From assembly GCA_026026165.1 (NCBI GenBank), contig JAPEUD010000012.1:186001-250000 (forward strand): DNA of 64,000 nt, given 5' to 3'. This document shows, piece by piece, positions 22,335 to 34,321 of this stretch (position 1 is its first letter; each line of letters begins with the position of its first letter). The translations under genes were made by a program, and so were the position numbers. The notes under the pieces are model-generated. The model made no database searches. It was given only the letters and a program-made list of their open reading frames with translations, and was not told where the DNA came from. This DNA is from Sarea resinae. Taxonomy: Eukaryota.

Positions 22335-25300
22335 ATGACTGGAAGTCAAGAAGCGGCATCTTCTTCTCCTTCGCCTCCTCCTTCATGGACAGCTCGCAGC
22401 TATTTCCGGCCCAAGGTGAGCTTGACCAGCTCTTCGACCCTAGTTCGTCGTGCGTGACAAGATCCAGAACACGTAGCTGACATAGTATTTGTAGCTGCGT
22501 CAGGCCACCTTGGTCCTCCCCAAGACCGGTCAGCGCGTCAAACGAACCGTCACTCTGCGAGAATCCGATCTCTTCAACGGGCCCAGTAATGCGAGCCCAT
22601 CGCTCCGAAGAGCCCACGCGCTTCGGCGAGGCGAGAGCCAGTCGTCCCCGAAAGGAAGAGCCAGTGGGCTCGTCCACAAGGGGAAGGACATCGCGAAGAA
22701 ATCATATGGCTTCGTAACCTCGAAAACGGGACAGGGAATACTCAAATGTAGCGTAGCATACTTTTTGGGAAGCCTGGCCACATTCGTGCCCCCGATTGCG
22801 CGTTTCTTGGGGCAGCAGGATGGCAAACATATGGTGGCTACGATAACTGTTTATTTTCATCCAGCCCGATCCCAAGGAAGTATGCATGAAGCTACCTTCT
22901 TGGCTATCGTGGCCTTCCTCTACGCTGTGTTCATCTCGTTTACCAGCATGGGAGTTTCGGTCTTCTTTGGAGACAGAGACCTGAAAGCCCTAGGCCATGC
23001 CATCGTTTTGATAGTCTTCTGTGGAGGCGGCTTGGGCTTGGTTGGATGGCTGAAACAGAGATTGGAAAATCCACTCGTGAACGTCGCGGCCTCTTTGACG
23101 TCGTTGGCTATCATCACCGTTCTAACAAAGGAGGGTGCCGTTCAAGAAGCCACGTTCTCGATTGACAAAATCTTTCAAGTGATGAAGATGGTCGTGATGG
23201 GCATCATTGCGACTACTGCCGTTTCTCTCTTAGTCCGGCCAATCTCGGCAAGAAACGAGCTGCGGGAAGCAATGATCAAGGCTACGGACTCTTTGGGAGA
23301 TATGCTGACGATGATTACACGGAGCTTTCTGGCTGGCTCCGAGGAAGAGCTCCAAGAGCCTTCATTCAACACCGCAACTAGCCAATTCAAAGGAGCTTTT
23401 GCCTCTCTGACTAAGAACTTGAAAGAAGCCAAATATGAGCATTACGTCGTGGGAACCGAAAAGGAATACCAGATAGAGGTAGAGCTCTTCAACAGCATGG
23501 AACGACTCGCTCACAACGTTGGCGGCCTTCGAAGTGCCGCAGCTACTCAATTTGCGCTTCTTTCGCAAGTGGACGCTGATGGGGAATCTGACATGCCACA
23601 TTCTACTCATGGACTTAAAAATACGCCATGGATTGCTTCCCCTCAACCTACTCCTCTGGAAGAACGATATGGGGTGCTCGCATCTATAGATGAAGCACCA
23701 GAAAATGAGAGTGCCGGCGAAGAACTCCAAGGGAATACTACCAACGTATCAGACGAGAATCACAATATGTCGACGAGTATTTCCAAACCTGACATATTCT
23801 CAAGATTTATCATGCACCTTGGACCTTCTATGGTGAGTCTCTGGCTATTTTTACAACAAGGACTGGTTCTAATACCGATCCAGAAATCTCTAGCCTTCAC
23901 CCTAAAGCAGATATTGAACGAACTTCCATACGGACCTGGGCCCCAATTTGAGATTGTGATCAAGAGTAATTTCAAATCTAGCCTGATTGATGCGATTGAT
24001 TTGTATGCAAAAGCAAGAGCCGAGGCTCTCATCCTCCTTTACAAGAGCAAAGACATGAACAAGGATCGTCCGATCGAAGTCGAGGCAGATTTCGAAGAGG
24101 TCGCCGCTTCTTGTGGTCATTTCAGTTCTTCCCTGCAGGATTTCGCCGAAGAGATGAAGTGCTACTTGGATATACTCGAGGAGCTGAAGCTTGAGGTTGA
24201 CCGCGAACCGCGTCAAAGATCCTGGGAGTGGCTGAAGTTTTGGCGCAGCGGTAAAAAGCATCTAGAGGCTGAAGAGAATGGCGAACAGGGTATGATAATA
24301 ACAATCAGCGATCGCTTGTCGTGGACCTAACAGCTTTGAAGCAGAGCCTCTTCTCTCTCCAAATCAACGGGATACTCTGCAGCAAGTGCCCGTAGACTCT
24401 TCTGGAATAGGCGTTGGCGGCACGGGTTCAATATCACCAGAGAAACTGACTTATCGCTATCGAGTTGGAAAAGCTCTTCGTATGTTTGAAAGAGAGGATG
24501 TGAGATTCGCGATCAGAGTAGGAGCGGGAGCGGCCTTATACGCACTACCCTCTTTCCTCACAGATACCAGGCCAATATACTCTCATTGGCGCGGGGAATG
24601 GGGTTTGTTGTCTTACATGCTGGTCTGTTCTATGACTATTGGAGCCTCAAACACCACCGGCTATCAGCGTTTCCTCGGTACCTGCATTGGGGCAGTCTGT
24701 GCAATACTTGCCTGGATCATAGCTCCTGGGAACCCTTACGCTCTCTCCGCTATTGGATGGTTCGTGTCTCTCGGTTGCTTCTACATCATCATTGGCCAAG
24801 GGAAAGGTCCCATGGGTCGCTTCATCCTGCTCACATATAACCTGTCCGCGCTTTACGCTTACTCTTTATCTGCTGAGAACGGCGACGATGACGACGACGA
24901 AGGAGGTATCAATCCGCACATTGTTGAGATCACGCTCCACCGTGTGGTTGCCGTCATGACTGGCTGTCTTTGGGGTATGATAATAACGAGGCTCATTTGG
25001 CCCATCAGTGCTCGTCGCAAGCTCAAAGATGGGCTCAGCATACTATGGTTACGCATGGGGATCATGTATAAGCGTGATCCGCTCTCCGTGCTCATGGAAG
25101 ATGAGGCCAACAACAAGTATATGGAGACTAGTCAGGAATTTGAACTTCAACGATATCTACGACGCCTGGAGACTCTACGCAAGGCCGCGGCATTTGAGTT
25201 TGATCTAAGCGGTCCATTTCCTGGTAAGATTTATGATCGAATACTGGAGAGTACCGCGAGCATGCTGAATGCATTTCATGCCATGAACGTGGTTATAATG

Positions 25301-25749
25301 AAGGATCTCAGGGCCTCTGAAGGAGAAGCAGAAATATTGAAATACACTGCAGAGGAGAGAGCACAGTTGTGCAACCGAATCAGCCATCTATTTCAAGGTA
25401 GGTCACACCCTTAACGCGGAAGACTACAGGCTAAGACTTATAGTCTTGGCTTCTTCGATGAAGATTGAGTATCCTTTGAACAACGCACTTCCTAGCACCG
25501 ACTATGCACGGGATAGGCTTCTTGCAAAACTCTTCAGCTACCGGAAGATCGCTGAGTCTGCTAAGGATGAGGATTTTGCTCTGTTATATGCTTACGGTAA
25601 GGCCACGGCACTTTTCGTCTTTCAAGACTTGAACTAATTCTGTCGTAGTCCTTGTGACGGGACAATTATCTCGCGAGATCGAAAAGGTCTCGGCAGAGAT
25701 CAAGAATTTATTCAACATCTGGGATGAGGACACTTTCAAATTGGAGTGA
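22335..25749 (+). CDS. FUSC/ArAE (aromatic acid exporter/ALMT-like) multi-pass membrane protein, YGL140C-like; introns ~22416-22494, 23833-23883, 24290-24344, 25398-25444, 25597-25648
   Basis: Two TM clusters: LKCSVAYFLGSL..HMVATITVYFHPARS.GSM and FAIRVGAGA..WRGEWGL..GASNTTG..RFLGT..LLTYNLSALY..HRVVAV..G..WG..ITRLIWPISAR. Canonical introns link the ORF fragments. Confidence 0.8.
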
Positions 25750-26238
25750 ATGGCTGGCTTTGCAACTGTAATATAGGCGGGCGCACGGGAGAATAGGAGT
25801 CGTAGGGCATCGTTTGGGCGTCTGCTTGGATTCAATGGATTGGCCCTACGTCGTGAGCATGATGTGCATGCAATTTTGCAAATACCGGCAGGCTTCAGCT
25901 TAGATTTGATCCGTGAATTTATATACTCCTTACAAGGCTGTGACCTAGGATTTCAATTGTGCCTGGAGTAGTTGGCATGTCCGAATTGAAAGTCACCTAT
26001 TCAACTGCGCAACGGCCGCAACCAACGCGACGGCAGTTCCCGCCCATCGCGAACGTCTTCCCCAGATCTTCACCCAAGAACGCACCATCAAGATCTTATT
26101 CAAATTTCCTTCAGGCATCATTTTTGTGTTCCTTTCGACTTTTACTGGATTCTCCCAGTCCAGGGCTCTCGAAAGAGGCCCGCTAAACCTTCTCTACATT
26201 CTCAAGCACTCCGAATATCCTACATCACAGCACGCACG

Positions 26239-27916
26239 ATGCCCGACATCGACCCCGCGGCTTTGAGCCGCTCTGCAACCATTCCACAGCCCTCTTCTAC
26301 GCCTACTACGGCCAGCAAAACCATCCCCGCTGGATCCGCGAATGCGCCGGCGTCTGTAAAGACGGGAAAGCCGGCCGCGGGCGTGCAGAGAATCGATTTG
26401 GAGCCCTTGTACACTAGTCTGAAGGCCGCAGTAGGGGATCACTGGGTCGAGTATAAAGAAGCCATCAGTTCATTTGTACTAGGTGAGTTGGTATGCGCAT
26501 TTGCGCATTGTTGCGGCGCATAGGCTGGCGTGTGCACGCAGTACTCAGCAGACATCACTCTCTCTTGCGATGGCAAAGCGCATCATTGCTAACAACTAAA
26601 ATATCCAAGGCCATCTCAACCAAGCCGAACTCTCGACCCGAATAGACCATTTCATCACTTCTGACCCGGCCACTCAGCATCTCCACAATCAGCTCATCAC
26701 CGCTGTCTACGGCAACGTCACGAGGGACCTGCCGGAACATGGTGTTGCTAGCTGGGTCTCCGCTAATGACAAGCCAACGAACGTGTCGAAGCCTGCGGCG
26801 GGCGATGCGGCCGAGCAGCGGTTGAAGACCGAGGTGATGCAGCTGCCGGCCAGGGACCGAAGAAGACTGAAAGCTATTGCCGACGTGAGTCAATGTCTTA
26901 TCTGGTGCTCGCGGGTGCTTTAGGTGCACCGAGTCTGATTATTGCTTCATTGTAGGCCGAACCTGTCGACGCGTTGTCAAATTCGCTATATGACTACCAC
27001 CAAGTAAAGCAGGTCAAAATCCCAGACACAGTCCCTGCCAGCGCTGGCGGCTTGAACAAAACTAGTATGTCCTTCAACACATCCTTTCCCTCTTTCACTG
27101 CCCCCTCTTGAATGATTGACTCACGGAATTGTTCCTCTAGACTGGGATCTCGAAATCCACAAACGCTACCACCAGCCCCTAGCAGCCGAGACCTTTGAAT
27201 TCCCTGAACCATCCACGATAGGCCTGCGCATGACGCCAATCTGCTACGAAGAAGGTCTACCGGCGGGGGCATCGACTCCTACAGAATGCGCAAACTACCT
27301 ATCCGTGGCGACGGAGACCTTCGTTAAAGAAGTGCTCTCGACCATATTCGGCCGCACTCGCTCGAACGGGCCGTCATACGTGAGCACGGAGAAATACAAA
27401 CGGCAGCTGGAGCGCGAGGAAGACGGCTGGTTACGAGGCGACGTCAAGCGCGATCTGAACGGTCTATTGCCCGTGGAGCAGGAGGGCGTGAGGGGCGGCG
27501 GCGTGTTGGGCATGGGCGATTTCAGGCTGGCGGTCGAGATGGGCGTCGGTGGTGGCCTAGGCATGATGCCGCTCCTCGTCGATCGCATCATGGGCGGGTA
27601 TCTCGAGGGGGAGGGCGAGGCCGAAAACGAGGGCTTCGATGGCGACGACGACCGAGATGGCGGGAATGCTGGAAATGGGCTTCTTCTCGAAGGCAGCGGG
27701 GGCTTGGACCTTGATGTCGGTGTCAATGGTGGCTTTTTCTCTGCTAATGGGAATGCCAATGGATCTCGGGAAGATAATGAGATGGACCCCCTGAATGGCG
27801 GCGACTATGGCGACTACGGCGACTACGGGTGGCAGGGCGCGGGAGCTGCTGATAGAGATATTTTGGGCAGTTTATTGGACGACTGTCTCGTCGGCACGTC
27901 GGCGGAAGCGCAATAA
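26239..27916 (+). CDS. ADA1: SAGA complex subunit Ada1/Hfi1 (Tad1); exons 26239-26482, 26610-26884, 26956-27064, 27141-27916
   Basis: Motifs [71 protein letters not shown] and [10 protein letters not shown]. All junctions checked in frame. Confidence 0.88.
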
Positions 27917-28379
27917 CCCGCCTGAGATCTTTCCCCTTTCTCCTTTACCCCTCTTTCTCGTTCCCTCCTACCTCTTTTCCTGCCCTCCATTCCATCAGTC
28001 TCCCTCCGACATCATCTCCGAACTCACTCTCTCCCTTTCTACCCACGAAGAAATGCCATATCACTGAAGATCCGTCTCTGGATCTCTCAGCAACGGCCTT
28101 GGCATTGGGCATGGTGGCGTATCGGCTTATCGGCGTATCGGCGACTTGGCGACTCGGGCACTACGCATGCATTGGATAAAGAATAACGAGATATCTGGAT
28201 TTCCATTTCCTGGCGTGCAGGTTTCTTTCTGGTATATCTATTGCTTGCAGAAGAGGACGGAGTGAGGAGGGCGCACCCAATCTCAGCCACAGCCGCATTC
28301 GCATTCACATCCACCGCAACACCCACACTACGTCTACATCCAACACGCCACCCACCCCCATACCCGGTTTCCACCACAC

Positions 28380-29780
28380 ACTAAACATCGATCACGACAT
28401 CATTCCTCTTTTATCGTTCACCATTTCAAACGCATGGGACACGGCGTTTCGTACCTTGATCTTATCTTATCTCTTCTATTCTGTCCTATCCTACTCTACT
28501 ATTATTCCCACGACCCTCCTATCCCACCCCGCCCACCTACTCTATCCCCATCATCCCCACACCATGCTATCCTACCACCGTCCCGATCATCTAATCCATG
28601 CCCCAAATCTTCATCTCCTACAATTTTCGAATCCTCCCTGAGGCCCTTCTTGATCTTCTCCCTCCCCTCTCTCTCCCTCTCTCCCTCCCTCCAACACACA
28701 CAGGCACACACACAAACAATATCCCCGGAGACCACGAACTCACACCTCCACCTCCACCAAAGCAAACAACCCCAACCTCTCTTTTCCCCGCACCCTTTAT
28801 CTCAAGGGAACAAACAGCAGGATAGTAGCACGGACAATCCGGTGTGCAGGTTCGGCGTTCATCTATCGATCAGCCGGTTGGTTCCATAAATCAATAAGCC
28901 AATTAATGAATTAATTACTTTAATTCCTCAACTGCTCGTTTGGGCCAATCACCTACCTATCCACGTAGTCACCTACCCCACTTACCTATCCCCTCTCCCC
29001 TGTCTTATCCAAATACCTAGCAACAAATCCCCTCCCCGAACGACACATCCATCCATCCATCCATCCCAATGGCGAGAAACCAAAAAACAAAAACGAAAAA
29101 GTAGATCGCGTACTACATCTCCGGGTTTAGTTTTATTTTTATCTTGGCTGCAGGCTGTTTGGCTGGCTGTTTGGCCCCCCGGTGCTGGCTAGGCACTGTG
29201 TACTCGCAATGAGAGTTGACACCACCGAACATTGTATTTTAATTGTATTGCATTGTATTATATTGTATTGTCCCTGGGGCTGGGTCTTGGCTTGCTTTTC
29301 TTTTGTTTGTCTCGAGAGGAAAGGAAAGGAAAGGAGAGAGGAAAGAAGGGGGGGGGGGAGAGGGAAGAAGGGGTGAGAGGTAGCAAGCAAGCCAGCGAGA
29401 ATGGATGGATAGGAAGAGGATTGGAAATGTACAATACCATACACGCCCGCGCTCACTCACGCACTCACTCACTCACGGGTTGATACAATACCCCGTGCAT
29501 GCATGCATGCATAATCTTGATTTTCTCCTTTGCTTTTTTATGCATCTTGCAATTTCCGAGTAAAAAGTCATCGTGCCCCATGAGCAGAGTGGATCATTAC
29601 GAACGAACGGACGGACGGACGGACGGACGAGATGAGAAGAGAAGAGAATGAGAAAAAGGATGCATTGAGTAATCAGATTACACGTATAGGCCGGCCCCCT
29701 TTCCTCCTCAACGCCCTGATATTTGGAACCCATACTATCCCGAAAACGCCTTCCCTCACTCCCTCCCTCCCTTCTTCGAG
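28380..29780. repeat. Low-complexity/microsatellite-rich convergent intergenic region (ADA1/PRP6 3' ends)
   Basis: Runs of (CATC)n, (CACT)n, (GGAC)n, (ATGC)n, CT- and GA-rich tracts, and ATTGT repeats. Confidence 0.6.
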
Positions 29781-29921
29781 CAGTAGAGGATATCCTGCCA
29801 CAATGTCCGTTGGCCAACCGTTCATGTCCTTCGATTCCATCTTTTTGTAAAACGATGGGACCGCTTCAAGCAAGCACGAAACACGCCCCCGCTTCCTCGC
29901 CTCCACCCAGATCCAATGCCC

Positions 29922-32828
29922 TTACTCCAGAATCTTAGCCACCTTTTCCAGGATGGCTTCGGTACCAAGGCCGGCATTCTTCGGATCCTTAGCCACGCTC
30001 TGCCAGACCTCTCCATGTTTGGGCTCCGAGAGCACGCACTTGGCGACGACGTCGGCGCGTTTCTCATCGGTGCCGTGCTGGGCCAGGAACTTGTGATACC
30101 AAGCCCAGGTATCGCCGAGGTCGCTATCGAGCAGGATGGCCTTCTCGAACCAGCTGCCGGCCTTCTCGAGCCGGCGCTCACCCCAGAAGATGCGCGCCAC
30201 CGTCACGAACAGCAGCGGATCGTTGTCGACCTTCTTGATCGCCTCGAGACTGCGCGGTTTCCGGTGCGTACGCGCTTCCAGGTGCCAGATGTTCTCCGAC
30301 CACAGCAAGCCAGAGTTCGGCACCTCTTGCAGCGCTTTGGCCATCAGGTTCTTCGCCTGCGCCACGTTGCCCGCCCGTCGCTCGACTCGCACGCTCTCGG
30401 TCCAGAGTTCGGCATTCTTGGGCACGGCGAGTCGGGCCCGGTCAAGCACCGATCGCGCTCGCACCGTGATGCCGGCTTTCTCTTCTAGCCGGGAGGCGAG
30501 GAGCCAGAGGGGTACGGACTTGGGACAGGCGCGGGTGCCAGTGTTGTAGGCTTCGCGCGCTTGGGGCAATTTGCCTTGAGCGTCGTAAATTTGCCCTTTG
30601 ATCATCCAGAGCTTGGCGGCCGCAGGGTAAACCTGGAGACCCTGGTTGACGAGATCAAGTGCCTCTTCCGTATTGCCGATCTGGCGTTCGAAAGCCGCGC
30701 TTTTGATCCACACCCTATCGGTACCGGCTTCGCGTCTCGCAGTCTGGAGCAGTTCACGCGCCTGCTCGGTTTGACCATTGTCCGCTTCGAGCTTGACGGC
30801 CGCGAGCCAGATGTCTTCGTTGTTGGGGTTCTGATTGAAAGCCTTGCCTAGGACCCGACGTGCGTTATCGATTTCGCCAGCCTGCCATTTCTCCTTAGCG
30901 AGTTGCATCCATAGGACTTCACTTTGAGGACAGGCTTCCGTGGCCTTTTCGAGTAGTTGCCATAGAGCCTCTTTGGTGCCGTGATTGCGCTCTAAATCTG
31001 CAGCGGCAAGCCAGATCGATTTGCTAGTGACGAAGACGCGTAAGGCGTAGGCGTAGATGGCGCGAGCTGTCTCGTATTTTCCTCGGCCGATGCTACTCCG
31101 GGCGTCGTCCATCCAAATCTCTTTTCGATCGTCATCTTCGTCCAGGCCCCAGCCTAGGGTTTCTCTGATGATTGCTCCGCAAGTAAGGACGGCCCCTTCC
31201 TCCTCACACTTTTCGGCTTCCGTGATCCATTCCTCACGCTTCAGCATAGCAGATTCTTTCGCGAGGGCCTGCACAGCACGCTTCATGACGTTGACCTTGT
31301 TGTTTCCCATTTGCTCTTGCAGTCGTGCTGCAGCAATCCAGATTTCGTGGCTGGTCGGCACCGCTCTACGGGCTTTATTGAGGACTGCCTGGGCATTCTC
31401 CGGCGTCTCTAATCGGGCAAGTGCCAGCCAAAGCTCAACAGAGAGAGGAATGATTTCGGTAGCTTTAGAGAGGAGTAGACGAGCATCGGCAGGGTCTTCT
31501 TCGAGATTGACTGCCTCTTTCCAGATGGCGACAGACTGGGGGATAGAATCCAGAGCATGGCGTAGCACTCTCTTCTTAGCTCTTGGGTCATGTTCCAACT
31601 TCATCGCCTCAATCCAGAGGCGTACTGAACGGTCGTTGTTCTTGATAGCGTTAGCAGCAATGATTTTGGCGTTATGGTTCTCGTTCATCCGAATATTCTC
31701 CAACCACGCATCCTCGCTCTTCGGACAGTATTCGCAACCTCTTGCGATAACGTTCCTCGCGGCGACTATCTTGCCTGCGATTTCTTCCAGACGAGCAGCT
31801 GCAATCCATCCAGGAGCGTGTTTGGGATTCGTCTTGATGACGGACTCAAGAAGGATCCGTACACGTTTAATGTCCCCGACCTCGACCTCGCCAGCTTTGA
31901 TTTCCGACTTTGAGAGACTTGTCAGGTAGCCCTTTGGGTCAATGTTCGTTGCGCTTCCGGCGACAGAATCGGTCCCAGATCCTTGTGCGGCCTGGTCAAG
32001 TCTGACCTGAAGGACTTTGTCTCGGGCTGCACCAATATCTGCAAAATTGGTCATGGTGCCATCCGCTTGATCATTTCCACTTGGCTCCGGGCCGCCATCC
32101 GCGATACTCGTCTGAAATTCGGTAGAATCCCTTGCGCCGGCGATGACACTATCTGGTACAGCATAGAACTTTTGGCGAAGATTCTGCTTGGCTCGTCGGT
32201 TCTTGCCTGTAAGATCTCCGACCTCAGGGATACCGGCCCAGTCCTCGTCGCTCACACTGCCCAGAGCTCTTTTCAGATCGGCGAATTGCTGTTGAATCTT
32301 CGGATTGTTTCGTTCGTATTCTTCTCGTTCCTTTTTCTCGCGCGCTTCCCTGTAGGTATTGAAAGGTTTCAAGTCGGTAATCTGTCCAGTAACATACAAA
32401 ATTTCTGATAAACCATTTGCTTCAGGAGAGCAGAGGGGGTGTGAAACAAAATGAGATGAAGAGACTAACCTTCGCGCCTTTCTTCTCCGATCCATCCTCT
32501 CATCAACTTCCTGATAAATTCGATCCGCCTCATCGTCGTCTCTGTCGTAGGACCCATTGGCAAAGAGGCCTACTTCGTTTTCCGGATCCTGATATCGATC
32601 ATCATCATCTTCCTCATCCTTCTTTTCCGTAGCACCGTAAGCTGTGGGAGGGGCAGCGCCTAGTTGCTGGGCTCGTTTCGCAAGAGCTTCCTTGATTTGA
32701 TCTTCACTGGGACCTTCTCGAGCAGGACCAAGATCTGACCGAGTGGTGAAGCCAGTAGCTCCTCGTCCGAGGCCGGCGACATAGTTTTCAGGCGCAGGTT
32801 GATTGAGGAAATCTTTGCGACCTGACAT
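29922..32828 (-). CDS. PRP6: Pre-mRNA splicing factor Prp6 (S. pombe Prp1), HAT/TPR repeats; exons 32828-32470, 32349-29922
   Basis: Motifs MSGRKDFLNQPAPENYVAGLGRGATGFTTRSDLGPARE, PKIQQQFADLKR, IDPKGYLTSL, NPKHAPGWIAAARLEE and EPKHGE.W. Intron 32469-32350 is GTTAGT..CAG, 120 nt, in frame. Confidence 0.96.
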   Translation of the reverse strand: MSGRKDFLNQPAPENYVAGLGRGATGFTTRSDLGPAREGPSEDQIKEALAKRAQQLGAAPPTAYGATEKKDEEDDDDRYQDPENEVGLFANGSYDRDDDEADRIYQEVDERMDRRRKARRLVSSSHFVSHPLCSPEANGLSEILYVTGQITDLKPFNTYREAREKKEREEYERNNPKIQQQFADLKRALGSVSDEDWAGIPEVGDLTGKNRRAKQNLRQKFYAVPDSVIAGARDSTEFQTSIADGGPEPSGNDQADGTMTNFADIGAARDKVLQVRLDQAAQGSGTDSVAGSATNIDPKGYLTSLSKSEIKAGEVEVGDIKRVRILLESVIKTNPKHAPGWIAAARLEEIAGKIVAARNVIARGCEYCPKSEDAWLENIRMNENHNAKIIAANAIKNNDRSVRLWIEAMKLEHDPRAKKRVLRHALDSIPQSVAIWKEAVNLEEDPADARLLLSKATEIIPLSVELWLALARLETPENAQAVLNKARRAVPTSHEIWIAAARLQEQMGNNKVNVMKRAVQALAKESAMLKREEWITEAEKCEEEGAVLTCGAIIRETLGWGLDEDDDRKEIWMDDARSSIGRGKYETARAIYAYALRVFVTSKSIWLAAADLERNHGTKEALWQLLEKATEACPQSEVLWMQLAKEKWQAGEIDNARRVLGKAFNQNPNNEDIWLAAVKLEADNGQTEQARELLQTARREAGTDRVWIKSAAFERQIGNTEEALDLVNQGLQVYPAAAKLWMIKGQIYDAQGKLPQAREAYNTGTRACPKSVPLWLLASRLEEKAGITVRARSVLDRARLAVPKNAELWTESVRVERRAGNVAQAKNLMAKALQEVPNSGLLWSENIWHLEARTHRKPRSLEAIKKVDNDPLLFVTVARIFWGERRLEKAGSWFEKAILLDSDLGDTWAWYHKFLAQHGTDEKRADVVAKCVLSEPKHGEVWQSVAKDPKNAGLGTEAILEKVAKILE

Positions 32829-32992
32829 GTTGCCCGGAGGGAAGAGAGGATTGGGCTGGTTACGATAGAAACTGCACAACGCAGAGGAAGATGGCTGAAA
32901 TCGGTGGATTCAAGATGGTGATGGCGGGCGACATGGATGTACAGCAAAATCCATGTGTTCGCTTACGTAATCACTATTCACTTTGGCGATGC

Positions 32993-33024
32993 GAGTTGAG
33001 TACAGAGTTGAGTACAGAGTTGAG
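32993..33024. repeat. 12-bp tandem repeat (GAGTTGAGTACA x2.7) between the XDH stop and the PRP6 start
   Basis: gagttgagtaca gagttgagtaca gagttgag. A palindromic TTACGTAA lies at 32963-32970. Confidence 0.75.
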
Positions 33025-33095
33025 CGCGCTTCTAAAGTAGGTGCCCTGGCTAAGGTATTGATTATTGCGGTTCTCTTTTATTTTCCAGCCCTGCC

Positions 33096-34321
33096 TTAAT
33101 CCTCCAGCCCTATTATCATCGTCTTGATACCTTTTCCTTCTTGGACGAGCTTGATCCCTTTCTCCGCCTCGGTGAAGGGCACTTGGGCCGTGATCAGTTC
33201 CTTGACCGGGATCTTTCCACTCGTCAACAGATCTACTGCTAATGGATAGTCTCCTGTACAGCCATTCATGATTCAGCATCAGTATCTTGTCGATGGCAGC
33301 CAACAGGCGAGGAACATATCGACGCGGCTAGGCTTTTTGGGCTACTCACCAGTGCCGTATCTGAAGCTTCCTTTGATGGTGAGTTCCTTCATGCATGCTT
33401 GCATTATGGGGAAGTCAATGTGGCTCCTCCCCATGCCACCCTGAACGAACGTCCCTCCTGCTCTGGCGACGTGAATCCCGGCTTGGATACTGGGCTCAGC
33501 ACCGGATGCATCAAGCACCACGTCCGCTCCGCTTCCAAGCGCATGTTTCTTTATCATCTCGGCCGCGACACCTGCAGCAGGTGCTCTTTCTTTCGAAGCC
33601 AGATATGTCCCAGTAGCTGCAAAGTTGGCAGCAAAGTCCAGTCGCGCTTGGATGACGTCGACCACCACCACAGTCTTAGCTCCGAATTCCCTAGCAACGG
33701 CACAGCATAGTAGTCCCACAGTCCCAGCGCCAAAGATCACCACCGACTGACCCGGCCGGATATCTGCCTGCTTCACGATGTGCACGGCAACGCTCATTGG
33801 CTCCACCAATGCCCCTTCCTCTAAGCTGACACTTTCAGGCAACTTATAGCAGAAATCTTCTTCAAGCGCGTAGAATTTCGACATTGTCCCGCTGTATGGT
33901 GGACTGCCCGCGAAAATCATATCTTTGCACAAGTGATACTTGCCTTCCTTGCAGCGCACGCATCGCCGACACGGGACCCCTGGTTCAAGACATACTCTAT
34001 CGCCGATCGAGAGGCTCTTGACCTGCTCGCCAATGGCAGAGACAGTGCCTGCTGCCTCATGTCCAATGACAATCGGATCCTTGGAGATGTAGGGGCCAAT
34101 GCCGCCGTGAAGATAGAAGTGCACATCGGAGCCGCAGATGCCAACGTGACTTATGCGGATGAGGACGCTCGTAGGGGTGAGGATGGGGATAGGGCGATCT
34201 TCGTAAGTGAGTCTCCGCGGTCCAGACAGGACGACGGAGAGGTTCTTGAGAATGAGTCAGTGCCGGTCTACACAACGTGTCCCAGACCTCTCGACAAGAA
34301 GCTCACTTGGACTGCTGCCAT
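33096..34321 (-). CDS. Zn-dependent NAD+ xylitol/sorbitol (polyol) dehydrogenase, MDR family; exons 34321-34307, 34244-33350, 33253-33096
   Basis: GICGSDVH, GHEAAG and LEPG motifs, structural Zn site CRRCVRCKEGKYHLC, EEGALVEPMSVAVH, GAGTVG, acidic D after beta-B (NAD preference), and KELTIKGSFRY. Confidence 0.9.

Noticed and set aside
31057..31929. 290-aa plus-strand ORF (also 47771-48706 and similar)
   Set aside because: Antisense to well-conserved genes (PRP6, NASP), with no recognisable domain.
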